A stretch of 58,902 nt of DNA from Octopus bimaculoides (taxonomy: Eukaryota): contig NC_068988.1 in the NCBI RefSeq assembly GCF_001194135.2, positions 36,141,366-36,200,267 on the forward strand, written 5' to 3'. Below are positions 38,403 to 51,130 of the stretch, piece by piece (positions within the stretch are counted from its first letter, which is position 1; the number at the start of each line of letters is the position of its first letter). Both the position numbers and the translations under genes were made by a program. The notes beneath the pieces are model-generated. The model saw only the letters and a program-made list of their open reading frames with translations, ran no database searches and had not been told where the DNA came from.

Positions 38403-39655
38403 GAATTAGTGACAAAGTCTAGAAAGTGGTCACGAGTGAGCAAATGTTGACCTTAAGAATATTATTCACACACTGCCTTATGTGAATGACATTTATTATA
38501 ATATAGTGTATTCTATGAATATGAAGTTGATCTTTCGCCGGTTGATCTTTCGCCGGTTGATCTTTCGCCGGTTGATCTTTCGCCGGTTGATCTTTCGCCG
38601 GTTGATCTTTCGCCTCAGTACATTTTTTTTGTCTGTTGAATATTTTTGCATACAACTAACGTGGATAGATGCCTATCGTCGAGATCTATCATATAATTTA
38701 AAATACAATATAGATATATTTAAAAAACAAAAATACTTGGACCGAAAGTCGATTTCAGGAGTTATTCTCCCGTTTGTGACCTCACGTATTTGACTCAAAT
38801 GTTTTTACTACCGAACCAATTTTCAATTTCATTTAGCTCAAAATGTAGTTTATGATGTGATTAATCTAAAAATGTAAACAACATCTAATTTGGTTAAGGA
38901 CTAAGTTAGTGATAAAGCGTAGAAGTGGTCGTGAATAAATGTTGACCTTAAGAATATTATTCATACGCTGCCGTATGTGAATGCGTTTTTTTAAAAATTA
39001 GCACCACGGCACTCATCTTGATGAGTTCTATCATATGAGATAAAAAAAAAATTAGGTTTTCAATTTGATTTTAGGCGTTACCACTCATTTCGGCGCATTT
39101 AGCCACAGTATTTTTTAATTTTTATTTTTTTGATATATGTAATTGGAATCATCAGATTCCACTAGGGGAGATTTATCAGAAAAGTTGAATTCAAATATAG
39201 TATTCTTTTGAAATAAGAATAATATTTTGAGTCAAAGTCTACTTCAGGTGTTAATTTCCTTTTTCTTTTTTCGCCGATTTTTACCTCAGTACATTTTCTC
39301 TATTGGATAGTTTTGCATATACGTAACATGGATAGATTCCTTTCACCGAAATCTATCGTATAATATAAATTAGAATATAGTTTTCTTTAAATATATATAC
39401 ATTTGAACTCGAAGTCGATTTCAGGAGTTATTCTCCCGTTTTTGATCTCACATATTTTCCTGAAACTTCTTTTCTACCGAAGCAATTTTCAAATTTTGTA
39501 GCTGAAGATGTAGCTTAGGATGTGACCAATCTAAAAATGTTAACATCATCTAATCTGGTTAGAAACTGAGTTAGTGACAAAGCATAGAAATTGTCGTGAG
39601 TAAATGTTGACCTTAAGAATATTATTCAAACACTACCGCGTCTGAATGACATTTA
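38403..39655. repeat. Diverged tandem duplication (~500-660 bp unit, ~2.3 copies)
   Basis: aatgttgaccttaagaatattattca recurs at ~38444, ~38938 and ~39603; aagtcgatttcaggagttattctcccgttt recurs at ~38746 and ~39412. Confidence 0.8.
38526..38614. repeat. Perfect 15-bp minisatellite (gttgatctttcgccg) x5.9
   Basis: Direct read; no spacers. Confidence 0.95.
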
Positions 39656-40935
39656 TATATATTCTTTTAAAACCATCTACATCGCCATCTGTGAGTGTGA
39701 CAAACCGAGAGACTTATTAATTTCATAATTATTGCATGTAGAACAAACCTGATCAATTATAGATCACACAGTTTTTACGCAAAATTTGAGTCTTCTCATA
39801 ATGATCATGCAGTTAACTATGCACTCAAATGAATATATAACATGTATTCAAATGACTGAAGAAATGATGAGGAAAAGTGTTCTTCAGGTTTTAACACTGA
39901 TGGTTTCCGCTGACGTTGATTTATTTTCTGCTTCTGTTATTTTATATGGTTCCGAGGAAACAAAGAAAAGTATGCTAATACAGTTTCTCGAATGGATTAC
40001 TGTACAAAGCACTATAACTACATATGGTACCTACAATTCTGTGGTTGAACAATATATTCCTTTTCATTTTTGCATTACCGCAATTATAACTATGTTAGAT
40101 ATAATTTGAGTTATTTGACGTTTACAACAACATTGTATTACCGTTGATTTGAAAGTGATTTAACATTGAAGTCTCCACATTGACAAGAGCTGAGAAAAAT
40201 ATGGCAGTCATTTGTTTTTGAGCATACTTTTTTCTGTATGCCCTAATACTGAATGATGAGACATTGTATCCAATAACCCATCCTACGTGAGATTCACATC
40301 ATCAGCGGCATGTTAAATCCACATCTTTTAAGAACGCCTGAAGCTGATACTTCTGTGATTGAAATAAACTCTGATTACAAACAGAATATAACTAAAATGT
40401 TTTCATTCGTGATTCATTAAATCCCGTCAAAAATAATGTCTATGAAGTTACCAACTTGTAACGTTTGTGTTGGTATGAGAACGTCTTAAATGAACCACCG
40501 AACACGTAAAGTAACTTCTGCAAATAGATGAACTAGAAAATGTTGAAATAAAATAAGTTCATAGTCAAAGATATAAATCAACGCTACGTGGGGTTATGAG
40601 CAACAAACTACTGTGTATACATATCGGATGTTAGCAAAAGACCTTAAGCTATGACTGAAAGAGAAAAGCACAGAACAAATGTTTTCAAAGACCTAGTGTG
40701 TAGTTTAAAATATAAGTCTCTGAAATATTATTTTCACTTATAGATTGTTATCGTAAAGCAATTGCTACTGTACGAGAAACATATCCTGCAGTGGATGCAT
40801 TTTGTTAATCAGATACTAATGTATTATTTTACCAGCATAATCCGGCCTGGTTACACGCTAGCGTTGCCATATTTAGTATTGTACCGAAGAAAGTGACGTT
40901 GGCTATCGTGGAGTATTTTATTTGAGATTTGAGGG

Positions 40936-41318
40936 TTGTTGTTGGCACTCCGTCGCTTACGACGTCGAGGGTTCCAGTCAATCCGATCAACGGAAGAGCC
41001 CGCTCGTGAAATTAACGTGCAAGTGGCTGAGCACTCCACAGACACGTGTACCCTTAACGTAGTTCTCGGGGATATTCAGCGTGACACAGTGTGACAAGGC
41101 TGGCCCTTTGAATTACAGGCACAACAGAAACAGGAAGTAAGACTGAGAGAAAGTTGTGGTGGAAGAGTACAGCAGGGTTCGCCACCATCCCCTGCCGGAG
41201 CCTCGTGGAGCTTTAAGTGTTTTCGCTCAATAAACACTCACAACGCCCGGTCTGGGAATCGAAACCGCGATCCTATGACCGCGAGTCCGCTGCCCTAATC
41301 ACTGGGCCATTGCGTCTC
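40936..41318 (-). mobile_element. Full-length tRNA-derived SINE, family C, with (CAA)n tail
   Basis: Minus head gacgcaatggcccagtgattagggcagcggactcgcggtcataggatcgcggtttcgattccc has A and B boxes; ends gtgccaacaacaac. Confidence 0.9.
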
Positions 41319-41778
41319 CCAGATTTGAGGGAACAATGTTAAATTTCATTTCAAAAGGAAATTCAAGTATTTCTTGGATTGAATATGCTACGGGTGAAGT
41401 AAAGTGGGGAGTAACATACTAAAAATGACATTACAGTGCTTTTCAAGAAATGAAAAACATTTTTTTACATGCAAAGTAATAAATACAACTTAAAGGACAT
41501 GATGAAGAACGCAGAAGCTAAAGTAATCTTTGAAACACTTCATTGTGAAAATTGTTCATTTACATGTTTAGCGAATGTATTACGAAGATATATCATGGTC
41601 ATGAAACCAAAAGGAAGTGAGTTTGTTCTGACTGTTGTCTACAATGGATTTATATCACCTTCACGCGTAGTTCGTAATATTTCAAGAAGAAACGATTTTT
41701 CCCGGACATTTTCCTGTGCAGGTTAAGATGTCATTTGGAAATATTAAATAAGTTTAATGTAGTTGTTTATTCAGTGAC

Positions 41779-41841
41779 GTGGAGGCGCAATGGCCCAGTG
41801 GTTAGGGCAGCGGACTCGTGGTCATAGGATCGCGATTTCAA
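41779..41841 (+). mobile_element. Tailless 63-nt family C SINE head with 12-bp target-site duplication
   Basis: ttattcagtgac at 41767-41778 and 41842-41853 flanks gtggaggcgcaatggcccagtggttaggg..gatcgcgatttcaa. Confidence 0.85.
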
Positions 41842-42651
41842 TTATTCAGTGACAGTAAACCATTTTTTGTGCTTCTGCATTACAGGGAATACGCATGAGA
41901 TGGTTTTATGAAAGTGAATCAATTTTTGTGTGACGGAATTGGTGTTGACCGTTTGGCATATATGCTTGACAAGAATTGAATTCTGCTTGAATTGCACCTG
42001 TCTGTAGCAGCAGGCAGAATACTCTATGATGCATGTGGTAGCAATGAAAGTATGCTGTAAAATAAACTGCTGTAATAGTGATTGTACCATGCTGTAGCGG
42101 TATACAAACGTAGTAGCAATCATTCTGGAAGTTTAAATTGATGGTAACTTTGACAAAGCAATATAATAGAAATGGAAATATTTGGGAACCAAGCCATTGG
42201 AATGAAGATTGAATATTTCAGTCTGCTTACGTACTGAAATTAGTTCGTGCAATCAGACGAGATATATTATATTTAATTAGAAAATTACATGAGAAATACA
42301 TGTCCAGTGTTACGTTTTCTAGCGAATAACTGTAGCTCAGAAATGCAGAAGCTTGCAGATTTTTCATGTTAACAATTCACCAAATTTAACTTCGGAAAGA
42401 ACTGGTGTTATTTACTGTGTCCTTAATCAAATCAGCATAAAACAGATTCTCAAGGCGAAAGTCTATGTTAGGAAATGTTACTTCAAACCACAATATTGTT
42501 TTTTGAATAAAGCCTTATGAATTGTATAAAGAGGTACTTATACCACAAGAAATATGGAAGCATGTACTATATGTCCTACGACTTAAGCGATATCAACATT
42601 GACTCAATTATTTTCAACTCGATGTGTGTAAGCTAGATATTAATATATTAA

Positions 42652-42850
42652 TATTAAGATTATACCTTAAAGGCGAGAAGATGGTAGAATCGTTACCATG
42701 CCAGAGAAAATGCATAGTGGCAGTTCTTCCGAACTTATATTCTGAGTTAAAATTATCCCTAGCTTTTAAACACCTTTTCCAGTTCGAGCACTGGAGTGAT
42801 GCAAACGAATACTACCCTCCCACAAAATTGCTGGCCTCGTGACAATAGAA
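42652..42850 (+). mobile_element. Old degenerate family A-like SINE
   Basis: tggtagaatcgttaccatgcc..aaatgcatagtggc..ctgagttaaaatt parallels the family A head. Confidence 0.55.
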
Positions 42851-44250
42851 GAAATGATTATATACTTTAATCAAAAATTGATGACAGAGCAGAAGTATTG
42901 ATCACTGGCAACATATTACTTGAGAAGTTGCCACGAAATATACTTATTTTTTATTGTTATTCATATTGTGATTTTCTACTTCATTTTAAAGACTTAGGAC
43001 TATTATCAAAGACATCTGAGTAACGAATATATTTTGTTTATAAATATCGAACGTAGGATCATAAATTAGGCATTTTGCTAAGTGTTATTTGAAAGTGGAT
43101 TGACTACTATTCCGTTTAGAGACTTCACTTCCTCTAGCGAATTTGGCGGTGGGTAAATAAGATTTGTTACGTCCTCAAAAACAATTATCTTTTGTAAATG
43201 AAGTGAACCTTCTAAGTCGGGAATACTTTTAGCTAGTTTTTCCTTTTTTTTTTCTTTCAGAAATTATTTTAACGATAATGCACTAACAGTTTTTTTTTTA
43301 TTAATCGTGACATCAGACATAATTTAAGAGGAGCGGGCACTATCTGTTAAGTATTTATCCTTTTGGAGAAGATCAGTAGCGTAATTAAAGTGAAAGAGCT
43401 CCGAGCATAAATTGAAAGTGTATCGTAGTATCTGGTGGCTGTAGCTCATACCTGATTATAAATCTCATTAAAATATTGGGGGAAAAAAAACAACTATCGG
43501 TTTTTCAGAAAATAGATTACTTTCTGAGATCTGGCGTGTCTTTTGAATCTGATTTAAATTTTAATTTTATCTCCATCAAGTAGAAAAGAATAGATTATCA
43601 GTAATATGTTTTTGAACAGCCTTTATTTTTTTATTAATTTCTTTTCATTTCTGAATCAAACATTTGGTTTTAATTTTTACTCATTACACACATATACTTT
43701 CACTGACAATTCCGAATGAAAAAAGATTAATATAAATTGATGTATTTTTAATTTTAAAAGAGCAATTTCAAAGAAGCAATTCTGGGTATTTTCCAACATT
43801 TAAAGATCATAAAATTCCATTTTCACCCCTTCACCACCATTCAGTCATTAAAACACTTGAATGTTCTTGTAAGTAGCGTGACTGGCTGATTGAAAATGTA
43901 ATGCAAAACTGCATAGACAATCCTCATATTTTTGCAGTTTTAATTCTTAGAAGGTAGCATTATCAAATTCACTGTGCATTCTCATTTAGATGAATTGATA
44001 ATATATTAATAATTTATAGAAATAATGAATATCTTTGACATAAAAGTTCATGTAGCAGTGTATTTTAAATTTGCTATTAGCTACAATTGAATTAATCGAT
44101 AACAATGGTTAATATTCATTGTTATACTGTCGTAATGTTTCATCTTCCCGTATGGATATTATAATCAGTGATTCTCTGCCGTATGACTTCCGGTTTTCTG
44201 CTAACAATCTTGCTTTCAATGTTTCCTTCTATCTATCTATCTAACATACG

Positions 44251-44289
<39 letters not shown>

Positions 44290-44987
44290 NNNNNNNNNNN
44301 NNNNNNNNNNNNNNNNNNNNNNNNNNNNNNNNNNNNNNNTATATATATTTGCACGTAGGCATTTCTCACTCTCTCTTTCTCCATTTCTCCATTTCTCTCT
44401 TTCTTTATCCTACTATCCCACTCCCCTATCTCTGTGGTAATGTATGTGTCTGAGTTGTGAGTGGGAAATACAAGTTAGTATTTATGCATATCTAGTTACA
44501 TACATGTCTGGAATACATTTTATCTATTTAATGCGGGGCAACTAGTATTTTCCAAACAAGGATTGTCTAAATGAGAAATAGGAGACAAAGAATTATTCAG
44601 GTTTGTATCGTTAGGAAAGACTACTTCATACAATCATACTAACGCGTATATCCTATCTTTAAGATACTGAAGAGAACAATTCTGAACAAGGAGGCCTGTA
44701 AGAAAATACCTTACACTTGTAATTAATAACGTTTTATTTTCAGCCATAATATACCCAGGACAATAACTTCAATTGCATCCATATAAATTTGAAGCTCTAA
44801 TTTGAAATATGAAGCAAAGCTGTCTACTTATCTATCAGCATTGAAGGCCATTGTATAAGTCATTTCGACAGAGTTTATAAACATTACTTTAGTTATGTGT
44901 CTCCCAGTAATTATCTCAGTTTTGATGGCGTTGACCTATGACTGAAGCTATTCTCTTTGTGACCATCCAGGCTGTTAGGTAGCACAC

Positions 44988-45041
44988 ATACATCCGTACA
45001 TAAATACATCCGTACATAAATACATCCGTACATAAATACAT
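44988..45041. repeat. 16-bp unit atacatccgtacataa x3
   Basis: Direct read. Confidence 0.9.
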
Positions 45042-45890
45042 GTATAGATGCATGGCTGAGTAAAAAGTAAACCACGTTTTGAAACATGAAATTCATCACA
45101 GTATATTTCAACAATGCAGAAATTTTATTCATCAAAGTAAGTACCATTACAATCAACATATTTTTACAAACGAGTTACAAGTTTTTTTGTTTTTTTTTGC
45201 GCAGGTCTAATACATACATACGTACACATGTATTTGTTTCTAACAACACTATTACTGACCTGTCCAACCATCCTAATTCCTTTCTCTACCCCATTATCTA
45301 GACTCCACCACTACAGTTGACATTCCTTAATTCTTTATATCTCTCTCTCCATAACCTCCTCCCCCATTCCTTCTATCTCTCTACACTCTCATATCTTTCT
45401 TCTTCACCATTATCCCATTCCTACCTTCTTATCAAATTCACTGACCATTCTGGTTCACTTCCCCCTATCTCTATCTCTGTATTCCTTTTATTTTCTTCCT
45501 CCTTCTTCTTCCACTTCTCCCTACCTTCCTTTTTCCTCTTCTTTATTCCTCACTTCCTGTCTTCGACATGACCTTATTAATACATTCCCTGCTTTTAGGT
45601 CACTTTAAACAGAACCCTTGATTCAATAACACTGTCTATAAACTCTGCATGTGGAATGACCAATTTCAAAGACAATTAGACTTTACTCATAGGGTATCGG
45701 AATCTGAATAATGGACTTACAAAGCCAACGACCACTCTTAAAAACAATTAGACTTTACTCACAAGGCACTGGAAGCTTATATGTATGCCATTCTGCCTAA
45801 ACAATATATTTACAAATACAATATCCCTACATTCACTCTATATTTCCTATCTTAACTAAACTATCTATTGATTAATCATCCTCTCAAACT

Positions 45891-45938
45891 GTCTCCAATG
45901 AAGGGATATAATAAATATCCAGGAAACAGCTGTAAGAC
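45891..45938 (+). ncRNA. Type I hammerhead ribozyme motif, degenerate (U4C, G5A)
   Basis: GUCU CCAAUGA..GGAUA uaauaaa UAUCC..GAAAC AGCU GUA AGAC; same stem I/III as the 12123 copy. Confidence 0.65.
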
Positions 45939-47851
45939 ATTCGATTTATAAATGTTTTTTTAATCTCATGACGAAAAGTATATCCTATATANNNNNNNNN
46001 NNNATATATATATATATATATATATATATAGTGGGGTGTACTCCATTTCGAATAATGCCATAGCTTTTTGATCTTCAAGCTTTTTTGTACAGATGTGGAG
46101 GGATAGGACATTTTTGCAGTGGGTGTTACAATATCATTTTGGCGAACCTGAATTCGAAGTTTTCTCAACCACCTTGCATTCGTTTCCTCAAGTTGCCCAT
46201 CAAGTATACTTGCAGTTAACACCTTCTTGTGTGTATGCTTTCTCCGAAAACTTCTAAGACCTGCCTTACTTAGACAGACACACTAACACTAATTTTATGT
46301 GCAATACATGCTGTGCGACAACACACTCAAGCAAATTCTCATGAAGATTATTACGAATGACTTTCTAGAGCTACTCAAGCTCAATGCGGTTTTACAGAAA
46401 ATTCCTCTTCCCGTAATTATTTCTTTCCTCGACAAATTTTTCCCTCCATTTTCTAAAGTTTTGAATTTCTATTGTGCATCCGTGATGTCGTCCTTAAAAC
46501 TTACTAGAATTTGTGCTTCGACATTTTAACATATGCTAAACTAACATACAGAAATAGATTAGGGATTCTATTACATCGTAGTCGTACATATATACATACA
46601 TACATGCATGCATACGTACATACATCGTAACCCAATAAGATCACTAATTATTGAATCCTAAACAAGCAAGTCTGACCACATCAACACAAAAGCCACACCT
46701 CTTTACCTCCTCCCCTCTTCAGCCTTTTCATAGATAAAAGGCCAAGAAATCTAACTTTAAACCACTCTTTGATAAATCTGAAAACAGACGAAAGTGCTAA
46801 TAGGGTAAATAAAAATACATGTAATCATCTAACATTCTGACTACCTTATTACTCTCTNNNNNNNNNNNNNNNNNNNNNNNNNNNNNNNNNNNNNNNNNNN
46901 NNNNNNNNNNNNNNNNNNNNNNNNNNNNNNNNNNNNNNNNNNNNNNNNNNNNNNNNNNNNNNNNNNNNNNNNNNNNNNNNNNNNNNNNNNNNNNNNNNNN
47001 NNNNNNNNNNNNNNNNNNNNNNNNNNNNNNNNNNNNNNNNNNNNNNNNNNNNNNNNNNNNNNNNNNNNNNNNNNNNNNNNNNNNNNNNNNNNNNNNNNNN
47101 NNNNNNNNNNNNNNNNNNNNNNNNNNNNNNNNNNNNNNNNNNNNNNNNNNNNNNNNNNNNNNNNNNNNNNNNNNNNNNNNNNNNNNNNNNNNNNNNNNNN
47201 NNNNNNNNNNNNNNNNNNNNNNNNNNNNNNNNNNNNNNNNNNNNNNNNNNNNNNNNNNNNNNNNNNNNNNNNNNNNNNNNNNNNNNNNNNNNNNNNNNNN
47301 NNNNNNNNNNNNNNNNNNNNNNNNNNNNNNNNNNNNNNNNNNNNNNNNNNNNNNNNNNNNNNNNNNNNNNNNNNNNNNNNNNNNNNNNNNNNNNNNNNNN
47401 NNNNNNNNNNNNNNNNNNNNNNNNNNNNNNNNNNNNNNNNNNNNNNNNNNNNNNNNNNNNNNNNNNNNNNNNNNNNNNNNNNNNNNNNNNNNNNNNNNNN
47501 NNNNNNNNNNNNNNNNNNNNNNNNNNNNNNNNNNNNNNNNNNNNNNNNNNNNNNNNNNNNNNNNNNNNNNNNNNNNNNNNNNNNNNNNNNNNNNNNNNNN
47601 NNNNNNNNNNNNNNNNNNNNNNNNNNNNNNNNNNNNNNNNNNNNNNNNNNNNNNNNNNNNNNNNNNNNNNNNNNNNNNNNNNNNNNNNNNNNNNNNNNNN
47701 NNNNNNNNNNNNNNNNNNNNNNNNNNNNNNNNNNNNNNNNNNNNNNNNNNNNNNNNNNNNNNNNNNNNNNNNNNNNNNNNNNNNNNNNNNNNNNNNNNNN
47801 NNNNNNNNNNNNNNNNNNNNNNNNNNNNNNNNNNNNNNNNNNNNNNNNNNN

Positions 47852-47916
<65 letters not shown>

Positions 47917-48312
47917 GAGAAAGAAAGAAAAAGCGAGGGAGAGAAAGAGGGTGACAAATAAATTTAGGGCGAGTTGAAGATGTTTTATTAAATGTAGTAG
48001 TGTCAATGAGGCGGTGGGCGTAATAATAAGGGCGAGAGAAAGAGTCGTGATATGACAGAAACAGTGAGATGATGTACAACTTTGTTTAACTATGCCTATT
48101 TGACATAAATTCCTGTGGCCAACATACTGAAAACTGAACCAACATATTGAACTATCATTTTTTTCTATTTTTTGCTTTCTTTAATACACACACACACACA
48201 CAGACATATATATATATATACTTATACGCGCACACACACGCACATATACATAAAACACTTTAATTGAAATAAAGTTTCCACAAAATTAAAGATCTAATAT
48301 AATTTTCTAATC

Positions 48313-48500
48313 AAGGCACAAGACCCGAAATTTTGTGGGAGGGGGACCAGTCGGTGAGATCGACTCCAGTACGTAATTGGTATTTAATTTATCGACCCCG
48401 AAAGGATGAAAGTCAAAGTCGACCTCGGCGGGATTTGAACTCAGAATGTAAAGACAGTCGAAATGATGCTATGCATTTCGACTGGTGTGCCAACGTTTCT
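48313..48500 (-). mobile_element. SINE family A
   Basis: aggcacaagacccgaaatttt..tcgacctcggcgggatttgaactcagaa. Confidence 0.85.
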
Positions 48501-49021
48501 GAGTGTGTCAGTGTGTCATACCTCTTCAACTTTACTCCTGGAGGCTGTAGCCCAATGTGACATATCATTTTGAAATCAGGCTGACTCCGAGAGTAAATTA
48601 AAAACTTTCCGGACCCACAATCCTGAAATTTGAGATTCCTAAGCTTTCATTCTTGATTGTTTCGGTAATTTTTTACGTGATGTTTTGCGACAAAGTTTTT
48701 GTACGATAACAATTTTTATAATCTAAAGGCCAACTCAAAATTTTGGATTCCTATGTTTGCATTACTGCGATTGTTTTCGCCGATTTTTTACATGATCTTT
48801 TTACGACGAATGGGGGAAGCAATTGCAACAAATTCTCCTAAATAAGTCAGGGATCTGCTTGCAGATCTTCCCATTTGGGGTTAGTTGCTTAAAAGCTTAA
48901 AAGACGCCCAATAGCGCGGCTTTTAAGCTAGTATATACATATACACACTTATAGTAATATGAATATGATATGCATACGGATAATGTGTGGGTATCTATAC
49001 ATGTCCATAGATATCGATGTA

Positions 49022-49120
<99 letters not shown>

Positions 49121-49260
49121 TTGTGTATTTTCCCCTTGCTTACAATTAACATGGAAAACATTGATAAACAGTTACTAGGGAAGGAAAAAAATCACAGAAG
49201 TAAAAAGGCCGTAACACCTTGTTTTTAAAGGTAGAAACTCCGGATTTATGTGAAATATTT

Positions 49261-49550
49261 TGTATAATATATATCAATAAATAAATGGAGTCAAACGCAG
49301 GTGTTATTCAAATTCTTTTATTTCCGACACATTAATAATTGGTATTATTAATAGCGTTCAGTTCATCACTATACATATCCATTATATTCTGTTCAAATGT
49401 CTTATTGACGAGTTTTATTTCTTCATTTCCCTGAAGAGAAGATTATATTGTTTTACACCATTTTATTCCTTTGGAATAGGAACAACGATATCTTCGAAAC
49501 ATATGTCGACATAAGAGAATTTGGATGACACCTGCGTTTAACTCCATTTA
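49261..49550. mobile_element. Short foldback overlapping a hammerhead
   Basis: 49261-49335 (ataaatggagtcaaacgcaggtgttattcaaattc..tttccgacac) is the reverse complement of ~49500-49550. Confidence 0.75.
49425..49516 (+). ncRNA. Type I hammerhead ribozyme, intact core, branched stem II, damaged stem I
   Basis: AUUUCC CUGAAGA GAAGAU..UUGUU..AACAA..AUCUUC GAAAC auau GUC; palindromic ACAUAUGU. Confidence 0.8.
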
Positions 49551-51085
49551 GTTATGGATATATATNNNNNNNNNNNNNNNNNNNNNNNNNNNNNNNNNNN
49601 NNNNNNNNNNNNNNNNNNNNNNNNNNNNNNNNNNNNNNNNNNNNNNNNNNNNNNNNNNNNNNNNNNNNNNNNNNNNNNNNNNNNNNNNNNNNNNNNNNNN
49701 NNNNNNNNNNNNNNNNNNNNNNNNNNNNNNNNNNNNNNNNNNNNNNNNNNNNNNNNNNNNNNNNNNNNNNNNNNNNNNNNNNNNNNNNNNNNNNNNNNNN
49801 NNNNNNNNNNNNNNNNNNNNNNNNNNNNNNNNNNNNNNNNNNNNNNNNNNNNNNNNNNNNNNNNNNNNNNNNNNNNNNNNNNNNNNNNNNNNNNNNNNNN
49901 NNNNNNNNNNNNNNNNNNNNNNNNNNNNNNNNNNNNNNNNNNNNNNNNNNNNNNNNNNNNNNNNNNNNNNNNNNNNNNNNNNNNNNNNNNNNNNNNNNNN
50001 NNNNNNNNNNNNNNNNNNNNNNNNNNNNNNNNNNNNNNNNNNNNNNNNNNTGAATGTATGTATATATACATATACACGCACACTTATATACTTATATGCA
50101 TGCATACAACACACATCTGGAAAATGCGTATATCTTTAAGTCTTTATACAGATATTTATGAGCGTGATTATGAGTATTGTTTTTCATGGGTAAGTATCGA
50201 AGCAAAACAATGCTAATATCTGTAAAAGCATATAAAATGTAAAACAACCTACCGAGTGAGTTATGCACTTCATTTCGAATGGTACATCGTATTCTGAGTG
50301 CTATGTTTTGCCATAGCCATTTTATATGAAAGCTACAAAATTTAAGGAAGAGGCCTTGGCAATTTTCAACTTATTTCAAACTCTACATTTTTGAAGAAGG
50401 AAAAATATATGAGTTGGTACCATTTCAGGAATCCATCAGTCAACGTTTGTGGCTTAACCTTCCGAGTTCTTTTACAGGGCTTAAAAAACTGAAGGACTTC
50501 TGCAATAAATATAAGAATCTGAGATGGGAATATGTTGAAGAAGATCGTAATTAACTGATCCTCCTGTATTTTCTTTTACCCAAAGCCAGGAACTTATAAG
50601 CAATCCTTTGTACATAGTGAGGATAATCTAATAATGAGTAGTCCATACGTCGAGAAGAAGAGGGGAACGTTTCCTTGAGCAAGTCATAAATGAACCTGGC
50701 AAAAGTGGAAATTACGATGACATACAAACAAGTGGAAAATAAAGAACACAACAGAAATGATTAAAAAATCTCTGTGAAGAGCTTACGATTATAATGTTGA
50801 TGTTCATATATAAGAAGGCATAGAGGGGACGAGTTGACAGAATCGGGATCTTTTTTAAAACGGGGGCCACATTTTTCATTAACGAAACACTTTGAAACTG
50901 GGAACACTGGTAGAATGTGTCATATAAAACATCTTTTTCTCTTAGTCTTCTTAAAAAAGAAAAGAAATCCATAAGTTATTCCATGTTAAAGTTGTCGTAT
51001 TTCTGTAATTTCAACCAATCACTGACGTCCATTCAGCCGATATACATTAAGTGCCGACTACATAAACAAACGATTCTGAAACAAT

Positions 51086-51130
51086 TAACCCTAACCCTAA
51101 CCCTAACCCTAGGGTTAGGGTTAGGGTTAA
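51086..51130. repeat. Palindromic telomere-type repeat (TAACCC)4-TAGGG(TTAGGG)2
   Basis: Direct read; perfect 19-bp arms centred on ccct/aggg. Confidence 0.9.

Noticed and set aside
38526-38614. 15-bp array as CRISPR
   Set aside because: No spacers, unit too short, eukaryotic context
39786-40109. 107-aa ORF (also 41842-42123, 45884-46222, 56156-56419)
   Set aside because: No recognisable motif or convincing splice context; length compatible with chance
41779-41841. SINE heads as tRNA genes (also 41250-41318, 23733-23800)
   Set aside because: No complete cloverleaf; they are SINE-family heads
41860-41935. Plus-strand acceptor ..cattacag at 41885
   Set aside because: All frames stop within about 50 nt and the donor is weak
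50660-50700. Minus-strand GAAACGUU with a small upstream hairpin
   Set aside because: First core strand and stem I missing
51086-51130. Telomere-telomere fusion scar
   Set aside because: Repeat orientation is the reverse of an end-to-end fusion and the array is very short
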